Below, one piece after another: positions 40,676-53,935 of a DNA stretch of 64,000 bases. The notes under the pieces were generated by a model, which was given only the letters and a program-made list of their open reading frames with translations, did not search any database and was not told the DNA's origin. The position numbers and the translations under genes were made by a program. Each line of letters begins with the position of its first letter. The stretch's first letter is position 1. This stretch comes from Octopus sinensis (taxonomy: Eukaryota), in NCBI RefSeq assembly GCF_006345805.1, contig NC_043002.1, forward strand, positions 6,262,001 to 6,326,000. The letters run 5' to 3'.

Positions 40676-42086
40676 GTAAGTAAGCTTTAATCCCAGTGAC
40701 CTGAAGTAATTGTAACCCAAAAGAAATCTGCACACGCACACTCTCTCTCTCTATCTCTCTCTCTCTCTCTCTCTCACGCACGTGCACATACACACACATC
40801 TGTACATTTACATACACGCACTCATGATGTGTTATGCTTTTACATCTCCCTTTCTCCTCGTAACAACTTTTTGAAACGTAGTGTGTGTTGTATGAAAGGG
40901 GATGTTGTGTCAATAAAAGTACCTTGTACATTTGGGCGGTAGTTGCGTCTGTAGAATTTCAGTGAGGAACTATCGTCAGACTGTCGATGCATCACCAATG
41001 TGAGATTTTACATTGGTGATTGGGAGGGGTTGTATAAAAGACGAATTACTTAAGGGACTTACGTCCGTTGGGAAATAAGAAGAATAGCAAAACCAGCAGA
41101 CAAACACACAATAATTCTTCTTCCCAAATGACGAGTAAATTCTTGCCGCCTGTTTTCAAAAATTCTTCCCTACAAAAGAGACAAGAATACTTATACTTCT
41201 CAACTAAGACATTTTAACGCTATTTTTTTCTCCGTCGAAATTGGACGTACAAGTTGTAGGTTGTATAAATGCACGCGGTTTGATGTTGGCTTGAAAGAAG
41301 ATTACTAAGCAAACTCAGATCATTACAGAGGGATTGTGGTAACCGTTAGCAGGAACAGGATTTTTGGTACGCAGTCACATGCTCATTTAAACTGCATTGA
41401 AGTGTGGTCTTCTTTCAGCTTGCTTGAATTAATTGGCGAGACAAGGCTGAATCATAAGACACGGACGAACCTCTTGGACCCGCATATTTCTGTTCAAAGA
41501 GGTGAAAGGTATCGAAGCCAGTATCTTCGGACTTTTATCTGCATATACCCCCGACTGGGACAGTGATGAAGAAAGAAAGAACAATGATGCTTTGGCATTG
41601 ATTCTAGCCATTAGTGAAGATCAAATAATATTTCGGAAGATCTTCATCTCATCTCGGTATTCATTAACATCTTTCAGAAATACTTTGACCGTTTTACTTG
41701 TAACCTTATAAGGAGAATTGTGCCGCAATCCAAGCTTGTTTTAGTTACATGTAGATCAACGAAACAGTCTTGCAAGCACAAAGTAAGTGCCCGAGAATAG
41801 TTGATTTGTGGAGTGATGTCCAACAAGTGCTTTCGAATGGAGCACGGACCTGGAATAAAATAGAGATAACATAAATGGACATGAGAGAAATGACTGAAAC
41901 AAGTTAAAGAGTCAAAGAGTATATGAATAGAGGATGAAAATGGTGATGACGACGAGTACGATGATATTTTTAACTGACCTCAAAGCTTTGAATCGATACT
42001 AAAAAATACAAGGTAACATCAAGAAGGTGTTTACAAAGATGCAAGTGATGGAATGGAGAAGTTACACGATGAGACTTTATACAATA

Positions 42087-42472
42087 CTAGCAGTATCGCC
42101 TGGCCTTGCTTGGGTTTGTAAGGGAAATAACTATATAAGCATTTTTAGAGATGTAAAGTATAATAGCCATCTCAATATGGCTAACCACAAAAGGGGGTGG
42201 TGTTACTGTAGCTTTTTACGTTCTGAGATTTAATAATATATTTTAGAGAGTTACTTCCCTTATATAATAGCAAAAAAATGGGAAAAAATTATGGTAATTT
42301 TTTTTTTAAATCGTAGACTCATCGTAGACGCGCGCTAATACCCAGAAGGGCTCGATATGAATCACGACTATAAGATACCCGGTTTTGGTTAAACTGCACC
42401 ACAAAATGTGGGAGGAGTTAGGAATCTAAATCGTAGGAGACAGACACACAACTTCACTTTTATATATAAAGA
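42087..42472 (-). mobile_element. Non-autonomous Helitron, same family, internally deleted and carrying an insert
   Basis: Reverse-complement match to both ends of 54260-54771, with TC and CTAG termini. Confidence 0.8.
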
Positions 42473-43039
42473 TATAACTGGACAAATAAAAATTTACAAA
42501 ACATAAAAACTTATACGGGAGTAAATATAAAGTCGCGACAAAACAAACACTAATTAACACAACATATCTATAAAAAATACAAATCTCCACTGCTGTTCAT
42601 CAGGGTACTTAGTTCCCTAATAATACCTGCGGTGTGCTTCATCATAGTATTTTTCAGGGTCGGAAATTCCCAAATATTCTGTAAGGGGTTCTCGTTATAT
42701 GGGGCAATAAGCGGCTACAGTAAAGTCTATCCTCAATTTGAACCATAACTCCGCTGTTTTTAAAAAATACTGTTCAAGGTGTAATCCAACATCCTTCTTG
42801 ATTCGTTTATCATGTGGGTATTTCTCATGTAGATTGTATAAATATTTATTAGAATTTCGTTATTTTTGCGAATGACTGTTAGTTTTCATGGCATTTGGGT
42901 CGAGGGTGTCTTGCTCTTGCTCATCATTGGCTATCCTTTATATGATATGATAAAGATTCTTCAGCGGAGAAAGATTCTTCAAGGATGTGGTAAAATCTCA
43001 TGTTTTAGCCGTCAGGTTCTTATCCGTTAGCTCATCCTT

Positions 43040-43508
43040 TTGAAAACGTTTCCTTTCCATCCGCATAAATGGATGGATTGGTACTGCAAGGAGGGGTTAC
43101 TTCTTCATCAGATATTGTTGTTGCTGCTGTTGCTGTTGCTGTTGAGCGAACGGTCTTCGTCCCAGAGCTCGCAAGATGGTAGAAGTCCGAAACATAGTCC
43201 TTTGCCCTTCGTAAGACCCGCAGAAGAGAAAGCAGGTCAACTCCCGACACCGAGAGCATCGAAGGAGGGATGAATGCGCATTCAGGCTCAGCGGTTGCGT
43301 AGGAAGTCAGGGGACAAGAAACAGGAAGAAAGAGTGAGAGAAAGTTGGGGAAAAAGAGTACAACAGGGTCGCTACCATCCCCTGCCGGAGAGTCGTGGAG
43401 CTTTAGGTGTTTTCGCTCAATAAACACACACAACGCCCGGTCTGGGAATCGAAACCGCGATCCTCTAACCGCAAGTTCGCTGCCCTAACCACTGGGCCAT
43501 TGCGCCTC
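43040..43508 (-). mobile_element. SINE family 3
   Basis: Reverse-complement match to 16421-16790. Confidence 0.85.
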
Positions 43509-43699
43509 AATTGTTGTTGCTGCTGTGGTAGACTCTCTTTGTCTTTGCCAAATGGAGCTGGGAAAGGCAGGGTTTCAGATTGCATAATCAGATCAAACCC
43601 GTTCGCCTGGGTCATCCTCGTCACTCTCTTCTTTCGACGAATTTGCTGGAAGGCAATACTTTCCTTTCAAGGCAATACTTCTCCTTTTGAAGTGAAACT

Positions 43700-44880
43700 T
43701 TAAAAATGATGCTAAAGGCTAGTTCACGGAGGGAGATGTCATCCTTCAGCACTTTCAGTCATGTTCTCCCCACAACCTCTTTCGTCAAAGCACCCAAACA
43801 AATGAGGACTATTCCTACAGAATAGTTTCGTTGCCCTGCGCACCACTTGGGTAGGCCTACCTGACAGCACTATGTCTATAAAGTTCATTTTGGATAGACA
43901 ATGCTGCCTAATACCACTACTAGACAAAGGATTAGAAATTATCCGAAAGTCCTCAAGGATATACCTGCTAGATGATTTTCGTCGACACCCAATGTATCTC
44001 CGAGAGTGTCATCGCACTTCCCTATCCACTTACTCACTATTGAAAGTGGAGTGACAGCACCTGACGACACTCTAGGTCCCAGAACTCCATCTTGATCTGC
44101 ACATCAAGCGCAAACCACTGGAGAAGTTGCAGCCTCACCTTATATATGTGCATCATCAGGCATGGCTTGCCTTGTCCTCAATGCAGCAGATGTTGACAAT
44201 AAATGAAACACCTGAGCGTCCACTCCACAACAAGTGGATCAGACGGTCCATTTCCGTAATACTCAAGCAGGATCTAACGGTAGTAGGCATTCTCAACCTC
44301 TGCTCGACGTATTGGGTCTAGCATTCTCTGAGCCCATTCCTACGTGATACTGAACACACTGCTCGTCACACGATCTCACGTCTTCTCCTCTCTGAAATCT
44401 GGACCAAGTCAAACCTTCAGCAATTTAATAACTCTGTCCAGCGTCTCACAATGCTGTTGGATGTGATGGACCTACCTGTCCAGGTACTGCGCTGCAAACC
44501 CAATTTTTTGCTTGATTTCGTAGTCAATTACAGTAGTGTCGATCACTTTGATGTACCTGGAATCTGACACTGTGATTGTCACGCCGTCTGAAAATATCAA
44601 TACACCTTTCGTGAATTAGTTCGCGTGGAATACCCTTCAAAGTCTCTATTTTCCGCAGTTGTGGCCATAGTGACAATGCACACAGAAGAGAGAACTTTGA
44701 CTGATCGAAAGCGTAATACTAAATGGTTGCGATATGTGGTCATTCCCCCTTACCAACGAGCAGATTTCGCTGTATGTAGTGGCGGTTCAACCACGGAAGG
44801 CAGGGCCAGAACCGGCTTTCGCTGGGCAAACCGTCAAATAGTGGTGATCGACCTCACCGAAATGATGATTAGGAAAGGAA
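43700..44880 (-). pseudogene. Decayed LINE ORF2 remnant (probably Tx1/L1-like)
   Basis: GC-richer, non-simple sequence with fragmented coding-like minus-strand frames. No intact catalytic motif was seen. Confidence 0.35.
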
Positions 44881-45129
44881 TCTAATGTAGCGCGCTGGTG
44901 GTGAGAATGTCTGCGGACCATTTCTTGAATGCCAAATGCAAAGAATACGTTCCTTGATTTTGTGGTTTTTGATTAACCCTATTTGGAGTTTTTCTTGTAT
45001 CAAGAACGGTTTATAGGAATGGATTATCACATATTTGTGTACGAAGAATTCTCTCGCTTTATGTTAACTGCCTTCGTAAAATCCCCTTAATCCCACGCCC
45101 CTCAGTCAATTAAAAGAAAATTCTATGAT

Positions 45130-46225
45130 ACTACTACTATTTGTTATTATCATTTACTTTTAATCTGCATGTTTGTTACAATCACTTGCCGAGACACAAC
45201 CAGCGTCCTCGGACGAGTGAAGAACAAGACATTACAGTACGACTGAAAGCTTGGAGAGGGGAAGTGGCAGGGGCAGTAGCGAACTATCTTCATGTAATAA
45301 AAAACATATGTTTTAATTGATAGGGTTTTTCTAAGGATGTGGGTAGTACTTGTTAGCACAATCTTTTGGATTTCTATGAAACATGGGTCTCCTGGGATAT
45401 TATATAGATGTTTCTGACATCCCTTTCTTATCATACCTAACAGGAACAGTTCTCGCTTTAAGATGCCACATCTTTTGTTTTTCAATTTCCAGGTGTTTAT
45501 ATTTACTTAATTTGTCAAATTGCTTTATAGACATATTTTTGTCAGTGAGAACACTTACATCCATTAGTCTAAAAGTATTTTCTTCTCTATTTTTAATGAC
45601 CATATCTGTTTGACTAGCCTTGATTGGTCTGTTGGTGTTGACTGGAAAATCCCAGAGGAAAGCCACATTTTTTTCCTTCATATCAATAAGCAGGAGTGTT
45701 GATTTTGTAGTGTTTACATATTTTCCAATGTAAATGCTGTCCTATCCTATCGTCGCGATTTTTGTATTCGTTTGGTGTCAGCACAGAGCATCCCGAAATG
45801 AGATGGTCAATTGTTTCGTCCAATGTATCGCAGAATCAGCAGTTAGGGTCAGAACTGTTTTGAAGAACATTTAGCCTGGTAGTTTTTGGTAAGATCTGGA
45901 CTCGTGCCGCTAATATTAAACCTTCAGTATCTGCTTTCAATCCAGAACTCTTCAGCCACTGATGGGTTGTTGCTTGGTCTACATCAGCATTTCGGCTTCG
46001 AAGTATGAACTGTCCATGGAGAGGCTTTTGGCTCCACCGCTCCTCGGTCTGTTTCTGCCCGCTCTTTTTGCAGTCTGTTTGATCTGTTTTGCTTTTTTCG
46101 TGGCACTGATTTCAGATTCTTCATCTAATTCAGGGTTAATGCCGAGTCCCCTTGCGAATTTGCAAGCTTCCATGACAATAGAATGTGAGGATTTGCTACT
46201 TTCGTGTTGGCACACAAGCCACAGT
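45130..46225 (-). mobile_element. R4/Dong-clade non-LTR retrotransposon 3' fragment (CCHC knuckle plus restriction-like endonuclease)
   Basis: Frameshift-joined KPLHGQF..WLKSSGLKADTEGLILAA..C.FC..ETIDHLISGC..DRIGQHLHWKIC, then LWDFPVNTNRPIKASQTDMVI..MDVSV..KLSKYKHLEIE. Confidence 0.85.
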
Positions 46226-46399
<174 letters not shown>

Positions 46400-46400
<1 letters not shown>

Positions 46401-47060
46401 TAAGACGTCGCACAGTATCGTGATGTTGATTGAAGAAATGTGTGTCTACCGGGTGTTTGCACTGCCTGTCAAGTCACAACAAGATCTCAGACAAAGAGTA
46501 CTCCACAGTCACTCTCCTCATTGCCCATATTCATACAATTACATCTTTCAGTAATCTGTATTTCTCCTATTTTTCCCAGCTCTTTGTCATTTACCTGTGC
46601 ATCTCCAGGCATGACAATATTTATGATCTTGCTTTCCTTCTTTTCTCTTCTCCACCACAACAATGTCTGGTCTCCGAGCATCGATTAGGGAGTCACATTG
46701 GATTGTAAAAATCCCACAGGATCTTATATTCATTGTTCTCAGTGGCGCCTTCAGGTTAATGTTTGTACCATTTCTGTGCTGTGCCCAGACCATATTTTCC
46801 AAACAGTCTCCAGGGAAAAAAACTTAGCTACGTTGTCGTGCCACCTTTTGTAATGCTTTGGGACCAGCTTACTACACTCAATCACAATATGTGAGATTGT
46901 TTCGTTTTTGCTGCGCAGATCCTACAAAGGGGTGATGCACTGCTCTTATCTATTTGGAACTTAGTTCGTAAGGCTTGTTCCTGAGCTCTGCATATCAATG
47001 CCTCAGTGCATCATTTCAGATCACTTTTTCTTAGACATCTCCGGGTGTTGGTCTTATCTT
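46400..47060 (-). mobile_element. Second, divergent R4/Dong-clade fragment
   Basis: LICRAQEQALRT..PLCRIC..ETISHIV.ECSKL..HYKRWHDNVA..ILWDF..DARRPDIVVVEK. The 3' end runs into (TAA)n. Confidence 0.85.
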
Positions 47061-47479
47061 ATTATTATCATCAATAATATTAATTCGCTAACTTTTGTTT
47101 TTTTACGTACGTACCTAGGGTCTGTGTCATACTTATTTCAAAGGAAGATGTAAAAAAATGGTTGAAGGGAAAGGTACAAATAAAAAGAGAAATAAAAGGT
47201 GTTAATACTGTTTATCAGTATTTTCAGAGTGAACTGATGTATACATACATAGATACAGACACACATTGTTAAATTAAAATCGGGAGAGAGGAAGGACAGA
47301 GAGGAAGTGAGAAAAAGAGAGAGTGAGAGAGACAGTGAGCGGTGACTGAAAGGAAGGTGGCGTTCGTTTTGTGTTTTTAAATGTTTATCAGTATTTTCAG
47401 ATTAGACTGGTACATGCACTGAAAGAAAAGTAGATACATAGATCGAAAGAAAAGTAGATATATAGATATATAGATACAA

Positions 47480-48200
47480 AATATTGTTAAACCAAAGAAA
47501 AATAACTACAGCAAATATTGGATGCCACTTTCACGTTTCACTACAACACGATGATAAGATTAATGTGCAAGTGGCTGAATACTCCACAGACATGCATACC
47601 ATTAACGTGGTTCTCAGGGAGATTCAGTCTCACACAGAATATGACAAGGCTGTCCCTTTGAATTACGGCTACAACTCATTTTAGACTGGAGCAAGATAAA
47701 CCTTCAAATGGTTGGAAGAAAACGAAAAAAGATCCTATATAAGGGCAGAAAAATCTTTTTAGTCGTTAGGGTCATTATGGGTGTTAATCCGGTCCTAACA
47801 GCAGCATTTGTGGTCTAACAGATCTGGAGGCCAATCCCCCAGATGCGCAAGCTGTTGTTATTAAACTGAGCGTGAATCGAGGGCGAAGTCACTAGACGAC
47901 AGGATAGCAATCATTTCATATTATCTTTCATTGCTTATACTAAATACATGGCATTTTTGGTTTATAATATGAAACATTTCCTTTTCTTTCATACTTTTTT
48001 AAAAAATGACTCTCCGTCGGTTACGACGACGAGGTTCCTGTTTATCTGATGAACGGAATAGTCTGCTCGTAAGATTAACGCGCAAATGACTGAATACTCC
48101 ATAGACATGCATACCATTAACGTAGTTCTCAGGGAGATTCAGCCTCACACAGAATGTGACAAGACTGACTCCTTTCAATAACAGCTACAACTAATTTTTG
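47480..48200. mobile_element. Two diverged copies of another SINE-like repeat (47480-47700, 48008-48200)
   Basis: Both contain gaatactcca.agacatgcataccattaacgt.gttctcagggagattcag..cacacagaat.tgacaag. Confidence 0.7.
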
Positions 48201-48618
48201 CCAGCTGACAACCGGTGTTGGTGTGTTTGCATCTCCGTAACTTAGCAGTTCGGCAGAAGAGCCTGATTGAATAAGCACCAGACTCACAGGGTCGATTTCT
48301 TCGAAAAAACGGCGATGCTCCAGCATGGCTCCAATCAAATGACTACAACAAGTTACAGAATAAAAGAATACCAGAAGAACGCTCCGTACCACTAAACCAA
48401 GACGGTTCTTTGAATATGTATGATGTATTTTAAGGCTAAACTATTCTGTTTACGTTTGTATGACATACATTTTGGTTGGATTATATAGTTATCGGTTTTA
48501 CACTTCTTTCTATATTCTGTAAGTGTTACAATATAAAAGCATTTCTCATGGCACGAGTACACAATTTACAGATGCTTAGATTTGTTGTATTTTCCGTGAA
48601 GTTTTCAAAAGTCTAACT

Positions 48619-49185
48619 CGAGCTGGCAGAAATGTTAGCACGCCGGGTGAGATGCCTCTAGCGGTATTTCGTCTGCCGTTACGTTGTGAGTTCAAATTCC
48701 GTCGAGGTCGACTTTGCCTTTCATCTTTTCGGGGTCGATAAATTAAGTAACAGTTACTCACTGGGGTCGATGTAATCGACTTAATACCTATGTCTGTCCT
48801 TGTTTGTCCCCTCTATGTTTAGCCCCTTGTGGATAATAAAGAAATAGGTATTTCGTCTGCCGTTAGGTTCTGAGTTCAAATTCCGCCGAGGTCGACTTTG
48901 CCTTTCATCTTTTCGGGGTCGATAAATTAAGTAACAGTTACTCACTGGGGTCGATGTAATCGACTTAATACCTATGTCTGTCCTTGTTTGTCCCCTCTAT
49001 GTTTAGCCCCTTGTGGATAATAAAGAAATAGGTATTTCGTCTGCCGTTAGGTTCTGAGTTCAAATTCCGCCGAGGTCGACTTTGCCTTTCATCCTTTCGG
49101 GGTCGATAAATTAAGTACAAGTTGCGCACTGGGATCGATCTAATCGACTGACCCCTCCCCTAAATTTCGGGCCTTGTGCCTAGAA
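48619..49185 (+). mobile_element. SINE family 1: full copy plus two head-to-tail partial units
   Basis: Junctions at 48847 and 49031 (184-bp period). The units share private variants. Confidence 0.9.
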
Positions 49186-49244
49186 AAGAATCATCATCAT
49201 CATCATCATCATCATTATTATTATCATTATTATTATCATTATTA

Positions 49245-49302
<58 letters not shown>

Positions 49303-49573
49303 GAAGACGGCGAGTCGACAGAATCGTTAGCACGTCGGGTGAAACACCTACCGGTATTTCGTCTGTTTTCCCATTCAAAATCCGCCTACGTCGATTTTGC
49401 GTTTCATCCTTTCGGAGTCAATAAATTAAGTACCATTTGAGCACTGGAGTCAATGTAATCGACTGATCTCTGTCTCCCACTACTTCTGTGCGGGATCAGT
49501 GATGGGCAGGACATGATGTTCGAATGCAAGTTAGTCGCATTCCGAAAATTTTTTTGTGTGGATTTTGCAGTAA

Positions 49574-49629
<56 letters not shown>

Positions 49630-49759
49630 AACAAACAAACAAACAAACAACACGCACACACACATACACACATACACATACACATTCATAACAGCGAGGG
49701 GCAAACAAACTGGACCATATCCTCATCAAAATACAGCTTAAATGATTCGGTCATCTCTC

Positions 49760-50110
49760 ACGTATGAGTGATATCAAGATTCTGAAGCAACTTCTCTTTC
49801 GCCAATTTCCAACAGGAAGGTCGGTTGGAAAGCCACTCTTGCATTTCAAAAACAGATTGAAGACATTCTGAAGCGATGCAACATTCCCTTTTCTTCCAGG
49901 GAAAACGAAGTATCAGAACGCATGGCCTGGCGCCAGTCCTGTTTCTCCTCATTTCAAAGATTTGGGCAAAGTCGACCGACTTCGTGCGAGTATGAAGGCA
50001 CGCTGGCAAAGCGCTGCTCCTCTGAACCGAAATCTTACCAGTGACTATAGTTTTGTAGCACGAAGCAAAGAAGGCCTTGTTGTCCACTCAAGAAAACACA
50101 GTGAGTGATC
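49760..50110 (+). pseudogene. RTE LINE ORF C-terminal remnant
   Basis: KILKQLLF..GRSVGKPLLHFK and ERMAWRQ resemble the RTE C-terminus. Frameshifted. Confidence 0.55.
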
Positions 50111-50431
50111 CACAAGAATTCGAGCAAACTAAACCCTCAATCGTTCCATTTGCCAAGAAGCCTGTAAGACGCATATTAGGCCCCAGGAGATACATTTGTG
50201 CGCACGCTTTATTTTACTAAGCCCTCATTTATCGTTTACGACAAGAGAATCCATATATATATACATATATTTGTGTGTATGTGTGTATGTATGTATGTAT
50301 GTATGTATGTATGTATGTATGCATGCATGCATGTATGTATGTATGTATGTATGTTTGTATGTATGTATGTATGTATGTATGTATGTATGTATGTATGGAT
50401 ATATATGTGTATGTATGTATGGGTGTATGTA

Positions 50432-50590
50432 TCGTTAGCCACTACACACATTTTTTCTGTGTCCCTTTCTGTAGAAGAGCATAAGCTCGAAATGTAAAAG
50501 ACTTTTTCTATTCCTGAGTGTTATACTAATACATCTGTTTGTTTTGTACACCACCTGACTTCGTCTTTTGCTTTTTTCGTAAACTCTCCT
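50432..50590 (+). mobile_element. Family B repeat with hammerhead-like motif at 50465-50502
   Basis: cttt-CTGTAGA-A-GAGC-ataa-GCTC-GAAA-TG-TA-aaag, followed by the family's attcctgag..ttatactaatacatctgtttg tail. It lies between (TATG)n and (TA)n. Confidence 0.65.
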
Positions 50591-50641
50591 ATATATATAT
50601 ATGTATGTATGTATGCATATCCTACTGTCCCTCTTCTGCTT

Positions 50642-50682
<41 letters not shown>

Positions 50683-51693
50683 TCTCTCTTTCTCTTTGTC
50701 TGGTATGAAAACTGTCCTATTCCTGACCGGTAGGGCCTTTCGTCTAGGATGCCACATGTGATACCTCCAGCGTCAACTTCGTATGGCCATGTGCCACTGT
50801 AGTCTCCGCTGTTCGTCAGGTGAAAAGAGCAAACTGCCAAAGTATCAGCCCCTGCTCACTACGATCGGAGTGAAGGACCCGTGAATGACCTGTGAATCGG
50901 ATTGACTGTACCAGCTCATCTCACTCGCCGTCCTCCGACGCAACGCTTTTCCCATTTTGACCTCTGCAACCATGAAGCGCACTGATAAACCTTTTCAGAT
51001 GTTGCCTGTTATTGTTCTATTCACTCACTCTCTCTCTATAAATACACACAGGTGTGACTCTGTGGTAAGTTTGCTTTCCAACGACATGGTTCTGGTTCAG
51101 TCCCACTGCGTGGCATCTAGTGCAAGACTCTTCTATTATGCCCACGGGATGACCAAACCCTTACGACTGGATTTGGTAGTCGGAAATTGAAAGAACCTCG
51201 TTGTATATGTGTTCTTTTTCTTGTTTTAGTCATTAGACTGCGGCCATGCTGGGGCACAGCCTTGAATTTTTAGTCGAACATATCGACCCCAGTACTTGTT
51301 TTTTAAGTCTGGTACTTATTCCACAGGTTTCTTTTGCCGAAACATTAAGTACGAGGGACATAAACACACCAGCATCGGTTATCAAGTGGTAGTGGTGGGA
51401 CAAACACGGACACAAAGGCGCACATACATACATAATACCAGCGCACACACACATACACACACACACAAACACACACAGAAAAACACACACAAACACAAAC
51501 ACACACGCACACAGAGACATGGGTGTGTGTGCGTATGTCTGTATGTTTGCCTCACAATCGATTGACAGCCAGTTGTAACATAGCGGTTCGGCAAAAGACA
51601 CCGGATAAATACCAGGCTTCGAAAAATAAATACAGGGGTCTATTCTTTCGACTAAAAAAATTTCTTAATACAGTGCCCTAACATGGGCGCGCT

Positions 51694-51724
<31 letters not shown>

Positions 51725-51771
51725 ACATACGCACACACATACACACACACAAATTCATACTATTTGCATGT

Positions 51772-52015
51772 ATTCGAGACAATACTTCTTGATACACCAA
51801 ACATTTAGGCTGTTTTCGTTACGCTAACGCCTGCCATATGAGCACCAACAATTTGTGTGTGTGTGTGATTGTGTCTGTGTGTGTGTGTGAGTGTACATGC
51901 TCGCATATTTGTTTCCCTCATCGGAACAATTGGGTTTGTGCCAAAACTTGGAAAAAAGTCCGATAGATCTGTCATTTTAATGAATTTTAATTACCTTTTG
52001 CTGAGGTGTGTGCAG
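51772..52015 (-). mobile_element. Internal fragment of the same Tc1 family, split by (TG)n
   Basis: Nucleotide match to 55675-55820 (ttcgagaca.tacttcttgatacacc..aaagtccgatagatctgtcatt). Confidence 0.8.
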
Positions 52016-52324
52016 CAATATGACCGAATGTGTATGTGTGTTTGTATTTAATTTTTCAGCTTGTAGTAGGTCCAATGAATATATTTCAAAAACCGAATTT
52101 AGAATTACGTAAAACTATCCAAATTTTCCGCACAAAATCCGTAAATTTTTATAACTAAAACGTTATGAGTCAAACATGAGTTATTCCCCTTACTATGTAA
52201 AAAAAACTGCATTTAGTTTTGATTTCGATGAAATAACATTAAATATATACAAATACTACGTGAATATTATGAAATATGACAATAAATACACCGGCACAAA
52301 GTACATTTGCATACGTATAAACAT

Positions 52325-52710
52325 TCAAACAAATATATAAGTGAGTGTGTGAATGTTTCTACGTGTGTGGACAGATAAAGACGTGTAAACACACACGCAA
52401 AATTCAGAGATAAATTATATTATGCGCACCAGAAGTGTGTGTGCGCGGTTGAGTACATATGTGTACAAATATGCGTGTATATGTACATATTATTATACAC
52501 ACATACAGACACAGGCATATATGTGTGTGAGTGTGTGTGTGTGTACAGTAATATGTATATATATACAGACATATATGTACACATATGTACTCAAGCGCGC
52601 ACACACACTTCTCGTGCGCATAATATAATTTATCTCTGAATTTGCGTGTGTGCTTACGCGTCTATATATGTTCACACACGTAGAAACATTCACACACACA
52701 TATTTATAAA
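52325..52710. repeat. Fold-back inverted duplication with ~180-bp arms
   Basis: aaattcagagataaattatattatgcgcac pairs with gtgcgcataatataatttatctctgaattt. ORFs 52404 (-) and 52439 (+) are near-identical. Confidence 0.85.
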
Positions 52711-52779
52711 TGCATTTATATATACACATAAATATATATATGAGGCCATTCATACACACATATGCATATATGTATATAT

Positions 52780-53165
52780 GCAGGAGTGGCTGTGTGGTAA
52801 GTAGCTTGCTAACCAACCACATGATTCCGGATTCAGTCCCACTGCGTGGCATCTTGGGCAAGTGTCTTCTGCAATAGCCCCGGGCTGACCAATACCTTGT
52901 GAGTGGATTTGGTAGACGGAAACTGAAAGAAGCCTGTCGTATATATGTATATGTATGTGTATGTGTTTGTGTTTGTACCCCTAGCATTGCTTGATAACCG
53001 ATGCTGGTGTGTTTACGTCCCCGTTACTTAGCGGTTCGGCAAAACAGACTGATAGAATAAGTACTGGGCTTACAAAGAATAAGTCCCGGGGTCGATTTGC
53101 TCGACTAAAGGCGGTGCTCCAGCATGGCCGCAGTCAAATGACTGAAACATGTAAAAGAGTAAAGA
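52780..53165 (+). mobile_element. tRNA-derived SINE family 2 (gcaggagtggctgtgtggtaag head; internal (TG)n)
   Basis: B-box-like ggattcagtccc. Nearly identical to 63698-64000. Confidence 0.85.
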
Positions 53166-53240
53166 GTAAACAGTATATATATATATAATATATTTATATG
53201 TACATACATATATACATATATATATCGTTAAGTAAGTATG

Positions 53241-53274
<34 letters not shown>

Positions 53275-53358
53275 TGTATGTATGTATGTGTATATATATA
53301 TATATGATATATATATATATATATAATATATATATATATTATATATATATATATATAT

Positions 53359-53406
<48 letters not shown>

Positions 53407-53412
53407 TATATA

Positions 53413-53447
<35 letters not shown>

Positions 53448-53828
53448 CGTGTGCGTATCTATTTTTGCTTGCCTATGTGTGCGACTGTCATACACTATCA
53501 TTTTCTGTATCTATGACAAATTTTACTGAAATTTTCCATTATATACCTGTAGTAATTTTATTATATAGAAGTTCCATTATACATTTTATCATATAGAGAT
53601 ACCAAACGTTCATACACACACTTAATAAAATACACGCGCGAGCGCACATACACACACACGTATGTAAATATATATATATGCAACTATTACTTTTTTCAAA
53701 ATTCAACCTGTCCAGCTATAAATAAATATTAATAATTCTATCATTTTGGCGGTGGATCTGATGATGACGATAATCGGAATGGCTTTGATACTGTTCATGG
53801 TGTATATGGTGGTATGCATGCATTATAT

Positions 53829-53870
<42 letters not shown>

Positions 53871-53904
53871 CATATATATATATAGAGAGAGAGAGGATAG
53901 ATAA

Positions 53905-53935
<31 letters not shown>

